Of a DNA stretch of 32,000 bases, positions 18,725-27,452 are shown one piece after another; the stretch's first letter is position 1; the number at the start of each line of letters is the position of its first letter. The stretch comes from Pseudomonas aeruginosa. GTDB taxonomy: Bacteria > Pseudomonadota > Gammaproteobacteria > Pseudomonadales > Pseudomonadaceae. Both the position numbers and the translations under genes were made by a program. The notes under the pieces are model-generated. The model saw nothing but the letters and a program-made list of their open reading frames with translations, ran no database searches and was not told where the DNA came from. The stretch covers positions 120,001 to 152,000 of the forward strand of contig NZ_LN831024.1 of NCBI RefSeq assembly GCF_001457615.1, in the 5' to 3' direction.

Positions 18725-20059
18725 ATGTTCATCAAGCGCTGTTCCCGCTCGATATTCCTGCAAGTCGTGATTGGCCTGGTGATAGGCGTGATCTGCGGGG
18801 TCGGCATTCCCGACCTGGCCGTGCAGATGAAGCCGCTGGGCGATGGCTTCATCAAGCTGATCAAGATGCTCATCGCACTGATCGTCTTCTGCGTGGTGGT
18901 CAACGGCATCTCCGGCGCCGGCGACCTGAAGAAGGTCGGCCGCATCGGCCTGAAGTCGGTGATCTACTTCGAAATCCTCACCACCATCGCCCTGGTCCTC
19001 GGCCTGGTGGTCGCCTACAGCCTGGGCCTGGGCAGCGGCGCCAACATCCATCTCAACGAACTGCCCGCCGGCGACGTCGCCCTGTATACCGGGCGCACCC
19101 AGGAAATCCATGGCCCCGTGGCATTCCTCATGGGCCTGATCCCGACCTCTGTGTTCAGCGCCTTCGCCGAGAACGACATCCTCCAGGTCCTGCTGTTCTC
19201 CGTGCTGTTCGGCAGCGCCCTGAACCTGGTCGGCGAGCAGGCCAGCGGCGTGGCCCGCCTGATCAACGAATTCAGCCACATCGTGTTCCGCATCATGGGC
19301 ATGATCGTGCGCCTGGCACCGCTCGGCGTGTTCGGCGCGGTGGCCTTCACCACCGCCCGCTACGGCGTCGACTCGCTCAGCCACCTGGGCGCGCTGGTGC
19401 TGGTGTTCTACGCCACCTGCCTGGTCTTCGTCATGGCGGTGCTCGGTAGCGTCCTGCGTCTCTCCGGGGTGCGCATGCTGCCGTTCCTGCGCTACTTCCG
19501 CGAAGAGCTGCTGATCGTGATGGGCACCGCCTCCTCCGACGCGGTGCTGCCGCAGGTGATGCGCAAGCTCGAGCACATGGGCATCCGCAGCTCCACGGTA
19601 GGCCTGGTGATTCCCACCGGCTACTCGTTCAACCTCGACGGATTCTCGATCTACCTGACCCTGGCGGTGGTGTTCATCGCCCACGTCACCGGCACGCCGC
19701 TGGCGATGACCGACCTGGTCACCATCCTGCTGGTTTCGCTGGTCACCTCCAAGGGCGCCCACGGCATTCCCGGCTCGGCCCTGGTGATCCTCGCCGCCAC
19801 CCTCACCGCGGTGCCGGCGATCCCGGTGGCCGGCCTGGTGCTGGTGCTTTCGGTGGACTGGTTCATGGGCATCGGCCGCGCGCTGACCAACCTGATCGGC
19901 AACTGCGTGGCCACCGTGACCATCGCCCGCTGGGAAAACGACATCGATATGCCGCGCGCGCAGGCCATACTCGACGGGCGCCTGGAGGCGCCGGCCAAGG
20001 CCGACGGCGAGCCGCTCAAGCGCAGCGCGGTGGCCGGGGAAGGCAAGCTGCATGGCTGA
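18725..20059 (+). CDS. DctA-like C4-dicarboxylate:cation symporter (DAACS family)
   Basis: MFIKRCSRSIFLQVVIGLVIGVICG...PLGDGFIKLIKMLIALIVFCVVVNGISGAGDLKKVGRIG...TASSDAVLPQVMRKLE...PTGYSFNLDGFSIYLTLAVVFIA. Confidence 0.93.
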   Translation: MFIKRCSRSIFLQVVIGLVIGVICGVGIPDLAVQMKPLGDGFIKLIKMLIALIVFCVVVNGISGAGDLKKVGRIGLKSVIYFEILTTIALVLGLVVAYSLGLGSGANIHLNELPAGDVALYTGRTQEIHGPVAFLMGLIPTSVFSAFAENDILQVLLFSVLFGSALNLVGEQASGVARLINEFSHIVFRIMGMIVRLAPLGVFGAVAFTTARYGVDSLSHLGALVLVFYATCLVFVMAVLGSVLRLSGVRMLPFLRYFREELLIVMGTASSDAVLPQVMRKLEHMGIRSSTVGLVIPTGYSFNLDGFSIYLTLAVVFIAHVTGTPLAMTDLVTILLVSLVTSKGAHGIPGSALVILAATLTAVPAIPVAGLVLVLSVDWFMGIGRALTNLIGNCVATVTIARWENDIDMPRAQAILDGRLEAPAKADGEPLKRSAVAGEGKLHG

Positions 20060-20107
20060 CGCGCCGAGGCGCGTTGCACGTCCGATTGGCAAGTAAAGGG
20101 AGGCGAC

Positions 20108-20794
20108 ATGTTTTCTTCGTCCAAGCTGGTCAACGCGGTTGCCCAGCGCCTGCTCGACACCATCGAGCAGGGTCGCTGGGTCGCCGGCCAGATGTTGCCC
20201 GGCCAGCGCGAGCTGGCTGAGCAGATGGAAATCAGCCGGCCGAGCCTGCGCGAGGCGATCATGGTCCTGGAGACCCTGGGCGTGGTCCGTTCGCTGCCGG
20301 GCAAGGGCGTGATGGTCCTCGAACGCAGCGAACCGCTGCGCGAGGTCGCGGCGCCCGGCGAGGCGACCATGGAAGACGTCCTGCAACTGCGCTATGCGCT
20401 GGAGCCGTTCATCGTCGGCATCGTCGCGCAGAGCGCCGGGGCGGCGGAGATCAGCGAACTGCGGCTGTTGCTGCTGGACCTGCGCGAAGCGGTCGAGGAT
20501 GGCGACCCGCAGGCTCTGGTTGAGGCCTACACGGCCTTCCACCGGCGCCTGGTGAAGCTCACCTCGAACCCGATCTTCCTCAGCGTTTCCGAACAGATCG
20601 GCAGCGCCCTGGAACGCAGCGACAACCTGGTGCGCCGCCAGCCGGAATACGCCGAGGAGATCCTCCAGGAACACGACGCCATCCTCCGTGCGATCCGCCA
20701 GCACGACAGCGAGCGGGCGAGCCAGGCGATGCGCCAGCACATCCTCAACGAAGGCGCGCGCCTGAACATCGACCTGCGCTTGCCGCAGGTCTGA
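20108..20794 (+). CDS. GntR/FadR-family transcriptional regulator (FCD domain)
   Basis: 228 aa; LPGQRELAEQMEISRPSLREAIMVLETLGVVRSLPGKGVMVLER and C-terminal FCD-like helices. Confidence 0.9.
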   Translation: MFSSSKLVNAVAQRLLDTIEQGRWVAGQMLPGQRELAEQMEISRPSLREAIMVLETLGVVRSLPGKGVMVLERSEPLREVAAPGEATMEDVLQLRYALEPFIVGIVAQSAGAAEISELRLLLLDLREAVEDGDPQALVEAYTAFHRRLVKLTSNPIFLSVSEQIGSALERSDNLVRRQPEYAEEILQEHDAILRAIRQHDSERASQAMRQHILNEGARLNIDLRLPQV

Positions 20795-20894
20795 TCGCCC
20801 GCGCCAGGGTTCCAACCCGGGACCGTCGCGGCGCCCGGACGGCTTTCGTCCGCCGCCTGCGAAGGCCCACAAGCACGACTCGACAGGTGTGAAC

Positions 20895-21629
20895 ATGGTC
20901 GGATTCGAAGCACGTACCCAGCAGGGCGCCGCGCTGCGCCCCACCAGCCATTTCGTCTACGAAAGCATCTACACGGCAATCCTGGAAAAGCGCCTGGCGC
21001 CGGCCGCCAAGCTGAGCAAGGAAACCCTCGGGCAGATCTTCCGGGTCAGCAACGGCACCATCCAGCGTGCCCTCACCCGTCTCGCCGAGGACGGCGCGGT
21101 GGTGATGCCGCCGAAGGAGGTCGCCAGCGTCGCCCGCCCGGACGAGCGCCAGGCGCGGCAGGTGCTGGACGCGCGCCTGCTGGTGGAAAGCGAAGTGGTG
21201 CGGCAACTGCCCGCGGGGCTGGATCCCGCCGCCCTTGCCGAGCTACGGGCGCTGGTCGACGAGGAGCAGGCTTGCCTCGCGGCCCGCGACAGCGCCGGGC
21301 TGATCCGTCTCGCCGGGCGCTTCCACCTGCGCCTGGCCGAACTGACCGAGAATCCCTTGCTGCAGGGTTTCGTCCGTGGCCTGGTGGCACGCGCCTCGCT
21401 GGACATCGCGCTGAACAAGGGGGCGGTCTATACCGCCGAGGCCTGCGCCGCGCAGCGCGCCCTGCTCGATGCCCTGGAGGACGGCGACAGCGCGGCGGCG
21501 GCTGCGCTGATGGACGCTTACCTGCGAGGCCTGTTCGCCCGCATGCGCTTCCTGCCTCCACCCACCACCGACCTGCGCGAGGCATTCGGCATGAAGGCCC
21601 CTCGCGGGGAAAAACGCCGGAGGGCCTGA
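20895..21629 (+). CDS. GntR-family transcriptional regulator (FCD domain)
   Basis: IYTAILEKRLAPAAKLSKETLGQIFRVSNGTIQRALTRLAEDGAVVMPPKEVASVARPDERQARQVLDARLLVESEVVRQL. Confidence 0.88.
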   Translation: MVGFEARTQQGAALRPTSHFVYESIYTAILEKRLAPAAKLSKETLGQIFRVSNGTIQRALTRLAEDGAVVMPPKEVASVARPDERQARQVLDARLLVESEVVRQLPAGLDPAALAELRALVDEEQACLAARDSAGLIRLAGRFHLRLAELTENPLLQGFVRGLVARASLDIALNKGAVYTAEACAAQRALLDALEDGDSAAAAALMDAYLRGLFARMRFLPPPTTDLREAFGMKAPRGEKRRRA

Positions 21630-21808
21630 CCTCCCCGGCCGCCGCCTACCAGATCTGGCAGGCGGTGGTGGCTGGTGGCCAGCCTATAGTGAAGCGGGTC
21701 AGGGATGGCGCCGTGCTGGTCGAAGTAGCCAAGGGTCCGTTGTGAGCGCCCGGTCCTGTCCGTGACGTCCTACAGGAAGCTGTGAACGCATGGTTAACGG
21801 AGATCGAC

Positions 21809-22219
21809 ATGGCATACGCAGAATGGATCGCAGTGAAGGTCGTGGTATCCAAATCCATCGGCACGGTGGGCATCCGCAACGCCACCTTGCAATGGGGCAA
21901 GTTCTACCGCTACACCAACAAGGACGACGAGATTTCCACCGAGGAAGTCAGCAGCATGAACGTGCAGGCCGGCAGCCCGCAATGGATCGCCTCCTGCGGA
22001 CGGGAGAACGCTTCGTCCGGCACCCAGGGCAGCTTCGACTGCTACGACGGCAACACCAAGATGGGCACCTTCAGCTGGGATGACCCGTGGAAATCCGGCG
22101 CCACCAACACCTGGAGCTTCACGCCGGCATCGGCGGACTATGCTGGCATCACCAGCGGCGGCAACGCTACGGGCACGGACATCGGCGAGGTCACCCTGAC
22201 CCTCGGCCGCTTCTCCTGA
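21809..22219 (+). CDS. rahU: Aegerolysin-family protein, RahU-like
   Basis: 136 aa from MAYAEWIAVKVVVSKSIGTVGIRNATLQWGKFYRYTNKDDEISTEEVSSMNVQAGSPQWIASCGRENASSGTQGSFDCYDGNTKMGTFSWDDPWKSGATNTWSF; typical aegerolysin fold sequence. Confidence 0.92.
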   Translation: MAYAEWIAVKVVVSKSIGTVGIRNATLQWGKFYRYTNKDDEISTEEVSSMNVQAGSPQWIASCGRENASSGTQGSFDCYDGNTKMGTFSWDDPWKSGATNTWSFTPASADYAGITSGGNATGTDIGEVTLTLGRFS

Positions 22220-22227
22220 CGGTACCT

Positions 22228-22258
22228 GGAGCTGGCCGGCAGTCCGTCGGTCAGCTCC
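22228..22258 (+). terminator. Possible terminator/3' hairpin downstream of the aegerolysin gene
   Basis: GGAGCTGgCCG-gcagtccgt-CGGtCAGCTCC imperfect inverted repeat just after the stop; no clear U-tract. Confidence 0.4.
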
Positions 22259-23159
22259 AGCGCTCATCCCCGTCCGTGGCGAACGCTCGCCGCAGCGCCT
22301 CGATGGCGACCTTCACCTTGGCCGGCTGGGCCTCGCGCCGTGGCGTCACCGCATAGATGCCGAGCCCGGGAATCCTCCACTCCGGCAATAGCTGTTGCAG
22401 GCGCCCGTCGTTCAGCGCGTCGCGCACCTCCGGCAGCGGCTGGTAGGACACGCCGAGTCCGTCGAGGGTGAACTGACGCACCGCGAGCATCCCGTTGGCG
22501 GCCACCCGTGGCTCCAGGCGCAGTTTGCAGACTTCCCCGCCCGGCCCGCTGAGCGTCAGGTGGTTGAGGTGGTTCGAGGTGTTCAGGGAAATCCAGTCGA
22601 CCTCGGTCAACTGCTCCGGACGGTTGATCGGCGCCCGTTGGCGCAAATAGGCCGGCGCCGCGCAGAGCACGCTGCTCCAATCGCCGAGGTGGCGCGCCAC
22701 CAGGCTGGAGTCGGCGAGATTGCCGACGCGTATCGCCAGGTCGATGCGCTCGGCGACCAGATCGATGCGCTCGTCCTGGAAGAACAGCTGCAGGCGCAAC
22801 TGGCGGTGGTTCTCCAGCAACGGTTTCAGCGCCTGGGTGATCAGCGTGCCGGAGAACCCCACCGGCGCCGCCAGGCGCAACTCACCCACCGGCGCATCGC
22901 GCCATTCGCCAAGCCGCCGCTCGGCTTCCTCGGCGATCGCCAGCATCTGCGCGCAACTGCGATAGAACGCCTCGCCGGCCTCGGTCAGGGTCAGCCGGCG
23001 GGTGGTGCGATGCAGCAAAGTGACCTGGGCGCGGCTCTCCAGCTTGCGGATCTGCTGGCTGACTGCCGAAGGGGTCATGCCCAGGCTCTGGGCCGCGGCT
23101 GCCATCGAGCCCTTGTCCACCACAGTGGCGAAGATCGCCATGCCTTTCAGCGAATCCAT
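22251..23159 (-). CDS. LysR-family transcriptional regulator
   Basis: 302 aa; MDSLKGMAIFATVVDKGSMAAAAQSLGMTPSAVSQQIRKLESRAQVTLLHRTTRRLTLTEAGEAFY. Confidence 0.92.
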   Translation of the reverse strand: MDSLKGMAIFATVVDKGSMAAAAQSLGMTPSAVSQQIRKLESRAQVTLLHRTTRRLTLTEAGEAFYRSCAQMLAIAEEAERRLGEWRDAPVGELRLAAPVGFSGTLITQALKPLLENHRQLRLQLFFQDERIDLVAERIDLAIRVGNLADSSLVARHLGDWSSVLCAAPAYLRQRAPINRPEQLTEVDWISLNTSNHLNHLTLSGPGGEVCKLRLEPRVAANGMLAVRQFTLDGLGVSYQPLPEVRDALNDGRLQQLLPEWRIPGLGIYAVTPRREAQPAKVKVAIEALRRAFATDGDERWS

Positions 23160-23458
23160 GCCGGTTCCTCCTTGCGGGAGACTGCGCCTGGGGAAAAATC
23201 ACCGGAAAAAGCGCGAGAAAGCATGCCCAGCGGGCGAGGTCGTCGAGTTACGGAAAAATACGGACGCGTATGGGAGCGAAGCATGAGTCAGCCAAAGAAC
23301 TAATCAGGTCGCAGTGGTCGCATGTTGGTCGCTCTCATTGGTCAGGTCGAAAAATGTCCATTTTTTGTGAGTTATGGATTTTTTGTCCGAAATGAGCTAC
23401 TCAGTACAAGTCAAGTGAAATATTCATTTTGAAACATCTTGTAACCGTGTGACCACTT

Positions 23459-23740
23459 TCAGGGGGTAATTTCGACCCTGTCGATGCGCAAAATCTGGAT
23501 TTCCTTGCCTTTAACCCGAAACGGGGCGCTGAACGGCCAGCGCTCCAGGGTCAGGGTGCGTACGCCTGGCACCTCGCTGGGCCGCCCTGCCCCCTGGTTG
23601 GCTACCTGCTGCAGCGGTTTCACCTGCTCGACGATGTCCTGAACGGCTTTCAGAGCTTTTTCCGGGCCGATCAGCACGACGTAATGGTCGTAGATGGCGT
23701 CCAGGTCGGCGGCCGCCTTGCGGGTCCACTTCAGGCTCAT
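23459..23740 (-). CDS. parE: ParE/RelE-superfamily toxin
   Basis: 93 aa; MSLKWTRKAAADLDAIYDHYVVLIGPEKALKAVQDIVEQVKPLQQV...GRPSEVPGVRTLTLERWPFSAPFRVKGKEIQILRIDRVEI. Confidence 0.88.
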   Translation of the reverse strand: MSLKWTRKAAADLDAIYDHYVVLIGPEKALKAVQDIVEQVKPLQQVANQGAGRPSEVPGVRTLTLERWPFSAPFRVKGKEIQILRIDRVEITP

Positions 23741-23964
23741 TGCAGCCCCCAGCGCTTCTCGATCTCGGTGTGTTCCAGCAGGCGACCGGCATTGGCATCG
23801 GCCAAGCCTTCATCGATGGCAGCGACCTGCCACTGCTGCCTTTCCAGGTACTGCGCGAGCGCCTGCCGCAGGTGGTAGGGGCGGTCGCGGTGGGTGGCGC
23901 GGGCCAGTTCGTCGAGGGCCGCGACCAGGGCGTCATCGGCGCGGAACGAGACTACGGTGCTCAT
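23737..23964 (-). CDS. parD: Ribbon-helix-helix antitoxin (ParD/CopG-like)
   Basis: 75 aa from MSTVVSFRADDALVAALDELARATHRDRPYHLRQALAQYLERQQWQVAAIDEGLADANAGRLLEHTEIEKRWGLQ; 4-bp stop/start overlap with the toxin. Confidence 0.88.
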   Translation of the reverse strand: MSTVVSFRADDALVAALDELARATHRDRPYHLRQALAQYLERQQWQVAAIDEGLADANAGRLLEHTEIEKRWGLQ

Positions 23965-23983
23965 TTTCTGATCAGCTTCGTTT

Positions 23984-24025
23984 TCGATGTATACGGTGTT
24001 TACAGTGAAAACGAATGTATACGAA
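23984..24025 (-). promoter_or_regulatory. Candidate autoregulatory operator upstream of the toxin-antitoxin operon: duplicated TCGA(A)TGTATACG motif
   Basis: TCGATGTATACG (around 23984-23995) and CGAATGTATACG (around 24012-24023), each with a perfect GTATAC palindrome, 28 bp apart, directly upstream of the antitoxin start. Confidence 0.5.
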
Positions 24026-24139
24026 AGCTTTCGGGCGAGCAATCGCCCGGCTGTTTCGTCCGTCGAAAAAACCTTTATCGATCAGTGGGTTGAATGAGGA
24101 GCCCGCCCCGAGCGGGGCGGGCGGAAGGACGGCGTGGGA

Positions 24140-24766
24140 TTACCAGGCCTGGTTGAAGTGGAAGCCCTGCCTGGGCGAGAAGCGGGTGTTGACGAGCTTG
24201 TAGCCTTCCTCGCCGCGTGGCTTGACCAGCGAGACCTGGCCGACCTGCGGTTGGGTGATCTGTTGCAGGGTGGTCAGGCTGGCCTGCTTGAGCACCTCGG
24301 GGTTCTTCGCCCAGTCCTTCACTTCGCGTGGCTTGACCTCGACGGTGACCAACCAGCCCTTTTCCACGGCCGGGCCGTAGTCGTCGGGCTTGGCGGGGTC
24401 CACCGAACGGACGCTGACGTCGAAGCCGCTGCTGTAGCAGAAGGCCTTCGACTCGGGCTTGTAGTCCTCGCGGCCGGCGGGCGTGAGGTCGTAGGAATCG
24501 CCGTCGCGGCGCAGCAGGCCGACGCCGACCAGCGCGTCGTAGACCGCGGCGTTGCCTTTCGCCGGGCCGGGGCCGGAGAAGCTGTCGGAGAGCGTCACCG
24601 GGAACGTCTTGAACAGGGTGGAGCTGGCGCAGGCGGGTTTGTCGAAGCCGCGCTCGGCGAGCAGGCGGGCGATCTCCTCGCTGGACGGAGCGGAGTCCGA
24701 GCAGGCGGCGAGGAACAGTGGGAGGGCGGCGACGAGGCCGCGCAGAACGCGTGTAGGCATGGGCAT
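24140..24766 (-). CDS. Putative lipoprotein, conserved hypothetical
   Basis: 208 aa from MPMPTRVLRGLVAALPLFLAACSDSAPSSEEIARLLAERGFDKPACASSTLFKTFPV; lipobox LAAC. Confidence 0.8.
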   Translation of the reverse strand: MPMPTRVLRGLVAALPLFLAACSDSAPSSEEIARLLAERGFDKPACASSTLFKTFPVTLSDSFSGPGPAKGNAAVYDALVGVGLLRRDGDSYDLTPAGREDYKPESKAFCYSSGFDVSVRSVDPAKPDDYGPAVEKGWLVTVEVKPREVKDWAKNPEVLKQASLTTLQQITQPQVGQVSLVKPRGEEGYKLVNTRFSPRQGFHFNQAW

Positions 24767-24860
24767 GTCCTTTGTCCATTGGCGCAGCCGGATCGGCTGC
24801 GCGGCGAATTCTAGCGGCTGTGGCACCATGGGCGCACATTCGACCCAAGGAGGAGAACCC

Positions 24861-25361
24861 ATGCGCCTGCCTGCGAAACTCGGCCGCCTGCTGCCGGCCC
24901 TGTGCCTGGGCGTCCTGTTGAGCGCCTGCAGCACCTTCGGCCAGCGCGATCCGTTGCGTATCGACCTGGTCGGCCTGGAACCCCTGCCGGGGCAAGGCAT
25001 GGAAATGCGCTTCATGGTCAAGCTGCGGGTACAGAACCCCAACGACGAGCCGATCGAATACAACGGCATCGCCCTCGACCTCGACGTCAACGGCCAGCCC
25101 CTGGCCAGCGGCGTCAGCGACCAGACCGGCGAGGTGCCGCGCTTCGGCGAGCGGGTGGTGAGCGTGCCGCTGACCGTCTCCGCCTTTTCCGCCTTCCGCC
25201 AGGCCTGGGGCCTGAGCAACAACGCTCCGACCCGGGGCATGCCCTACGTGGTGAAGGGCAAGCTCGCCGGAGGCCTGTTCGGCACCGTGCGCTTCAGCGA
25301 AAAGGGCACCCTCGACTTCTCCGGGCCGGCCGTCGGCGCGCCGAAGACCAAGGGGCTCTGA
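24861..25361 (+). CDS. LEA14/WHy-domain lipoprotein
   Basis: 166 aa; AGGAGG RBS; MRLPAKLGRLLPALCLGVLLSACSTF lipobox; MEMRFMVKLRVQNPNDEPIEYNGIALDLDVNGQPLASGVSDQTGEVPRFGERVVSVPLTVSAF. Confidence 0.85.
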   Translation: MRLPAKLGRLLPALCLGVLLSACSTFGQRDPLRIDLVGLEPLPGQGMEMRFMVKLRVQNPNDEPIEYNGIALDLDVNGQPLASGVSDQTGEVPRFGERVVSVPLTVSAFSAFRQAWGLSNNAPTRGMPYVVKGKLAGGLFGTVRFSEKGTLDFSGPAVGAPKTKGL

Positions 25362-25433
25362 GGCGGTTCGGCAGGGGAGCGAGAAACCCTATATAATCTG
25401 CGGTTTTCGTCCCCCTGCTGAAGAGAGAATGCC

Positions 25434-25775
25434 GTGAGCACGCTGCCGCCCTGTCCCCAATGCAACTCCGAATACACCTACGAGGATGGTGCGCTGCTGG
25501 TCTGCCCGGAGTGCGCCCATGAATGGTCGCCGAACGAGGCCGCTACGGCGTCCGATGATGGCAAGGTGATCAAGGATTCGGTGGGCAACGTTCTCCAGGA
25601 CGGCGATACCATCACCGTGATCAAGGACCTGAAAGTGAAAGGCTCCTCGCTGGTGGTGAAGGTCGGCACCAAGGTGAAGAACATCCGCCTGGTGGACGGC
25701 GACCACGACATCGATTGCAAGATCGACGGCATTGGCGCGATGAAGCTGAAATCGGAATTCGTCAGGAAGGTCTGA
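25434..25775 (+). CDS. phnA: PhnA/YjdM-family zinc-ribbon protein
   Basis: 113 aa (GTG start); [28 protein letters not shown]...[23 protein letters not shown]-type sequence ...[18 protein letters not shown]. Confidence 0.93.
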   Translation: MSTLPPCPQCNSEYTYEDGALLVCPECAHEWSPNEAATASDDGKVIKDSVGNVLQDGDTITVIKDLKVKGSSLVVKVGTKVKNIRLVDGDHDIDCKIDGIGAMKLKSEFVRKV

Positions 25776-25792
25776 GACGACCTTGCCTGAAG

Positions 25793-25820
25793 AAGCCCGG
25801 CCATTGGCCGGGCTTTTCTT
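25793..25820 (+). terminator. Rho-independent terminator after phnA, possibly bidirectional
   Basis: Perfect stem AAGCCCGGCC-ATT-GGCCGGGCTT followed by TTCTTT; lies between convergent phnA and bauD. Confidence 0.85.
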
Positions 25821-25856
25821 TGGAGGGCTGTCTGGGTTCTTCCCCCGGTGGTGGAC

Positions 25857-27284
25857 TCAGACCCGCGCCGTCTTCCCGGCGTAGTCCTCGCCGAGGCGCG
25901 GCTTGCGTCGCGCGTTGAGCAGCCCGAGGCAGACGGTGAAGATCGTCAGCAGAGCGGTGGCGAACACCTCGTGACGGTGCTCCGGCATGATCAGCATGAT
26001 GCTCAGCGCGGCGACGATGAACAGGATCACCGCCCAGGTCAGCCAGGGATATAGCCACATGCGGAACTCGATGGGCTGGCCGCTGGCCTGCAATTGCTTG
26101 CGCATGCGCAACTGGGCCACGGCGATCACCAGGTACACCAGTAGCGCCACGGCGCCGGAGCTGGCGAGGAGGAAGGTGAAGACCTTCTCCGGTGCGAAGT
26201 AGTTGACGATGGTGGTGAGGAAGCCCACCGCGGTGCTGGCCAGCACCGCCGGGCGTGGTACGTGGGCGGTGTTGGTCAGCTTGAGCACGCTCGGGGCGTC
26301 GCCGCGCTTGGCCAGGGAGAAGACCATCCGCGACGAGGTGTAGATCGCCGAGTTCAGGCAACTGGCCACGGCGACCAGTACCACCAGGTCGACGATCAGC
26401 TTGGCGTGCGGGATGTCCAGCAGCTCCAGGGCGCGCTGGTAGGAGCCGACCTGGATCAGCAGCGGGTCGTTCCACGGCACGATGGAGATCACGATGAAGA
26501 TCGACACCAGGTAGAACAGGCCGATCCGCCAGATCACCGAGTTGGTGGCGCGGGTGATCTGCTTCGCCGGGTCCTTGGACTCGGCGGCGGCGATGGTGAC
26601 GATCTCGGTGCCCATGAAGCTGAACATGGTCGTCAGCAGGGCGCCGAGCACCGCGCCGTAGCCGTTCGGCACGAAGCCGCCGTGGCTCGCCATCAGGCTG
26701 GACAGGCCGCTGACCTCACGCTCCGGCAGGCCGCCGACGATGGCCACCGCGCCGAGCACGATGAAGGCGATGATGGCGATCACCTTGAGCAGCGCGAACC
26801 AGAACTCGAACTCGCCGTAGCGGGCCACGCTGAAGAGGTTGGTGACGGTGAGCAGGAAGGTCACCGCGAGGGCGAAGATCCAGGTGTCGATGGCCGGGAA
26901 CCAGGCGTTGAGGATGGCCGCGGCGGCGATCGCTTCGAGTGGGATCACCAGCACCCAGAACCACCAGTAGAGCCAGCCGATGGTGAAACCGGCCCAGCGG
27001 CCGATGGAGCGGTCGGCGTAGGTGGAGAAGGAACCGGTATCGGGGGAGGCGACCGCCATTTCGCCGAGCATGCGCATGACCAGCACCACCAGGGTGCCGG
27101 CGATCAGGTAGGCGAGCAGGGCGGCCGGGCCGGCGGCGGCGATGGCATGGCCGGAGCCGACGAACAGGCCGGCGCCGATCACCCCGGCGATCGACAGCAT
27201 GGTGACGTGGCGTTGTTTCAGGCCGGGCGCGAGCGAGGCGTTGCGCTTGTTCGGCAGTTGTGAAGCCAGTACGACTTTGGACAT
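25857..27284 (-). CDS. bauD: Amino-acid permease (APC family), beta-alanine/GABA permease-like
   Basis: 475 aa; LKQRHVTMLSIAGVIGAGLFVGSGHAIAAAGPAALLAYLIAGTLVVLVMRMLGEMA; linked to bauABC. Confidence 0.9.
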   Translation of the reverse strand: MSKVVLASQLPNKRNASLAPGLKQRHVTMLSIAGVIGAGLFVGSGHAIAAAGPAALLAYLIAGTLVVLVMRMLGEMAVASPDTGSFSTYADRSIGRWAGFTIGWLYWWFWVLVIPLEAIAAAAILNAWFPAIDTWIFALAVTFLLTVTNLFSVARYGEFEFWFALLKVIAIIAFIVLGAVAIVGGLPEREVSGLSSLMASHGGFVPNGYGAVLGALLTTMFSFMGTEIVTIAAAESKDPAKQITRATNSVIWRIGLFYLVSIFIVISIVPWNDPLLIQVGSYQRALELLDIPHAKLIVDLVVLVAVASCLNSAIYTSSRMVFSLAKRGDAPSVLKLTNTAHVPRPAVLASTAVGFLTTIVNYFAPEKVFTFLLASSGAVALLVYLVIAVAQLRMRKQLQASGQPIEFRMWLYPWLTWAVILFIVAALSIMLIMPEHRHEVFATALLTIFTVCLGLLNARRKPRLGEDYAGKTARV

Positions 27285-27401
27285 CGTTGAGACCCTTTAA
27301 TTGTTCTTGGGCAAGGTCTGGGCCGCCTTGTGGGCGACGCCATGGGTGCGGCCGTGGGTGAGGTTTCACGGCGGTGGAACGTTGCGGACTCCTGATTGCG
27401 G

Positions 27402-27438
27402 AAAAAGAAAAAAGGCATGGTCGTTACCGACCATGCCT
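27402..27438 (-). terminator. Rho-independent terminator downstream of bauC (minus strand)
   Basis: AGGCATGGTCG-ttac-CGACCATGCCT 11-bp perfect stem; the + strand poly-A tract (aaaaagaaaaaa) beside it gives a U-tract on the minus strand. Confidence 0.85.
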
Positions 27439-27452
27439 GTCGTCGTCAGCCT

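Noticed and set aside
18641-20944. 767-aa minus-strand ORF over the DctA-like gene and GntR gene
   Set aside because: Low-complexity antisense reading of high-GC genes.
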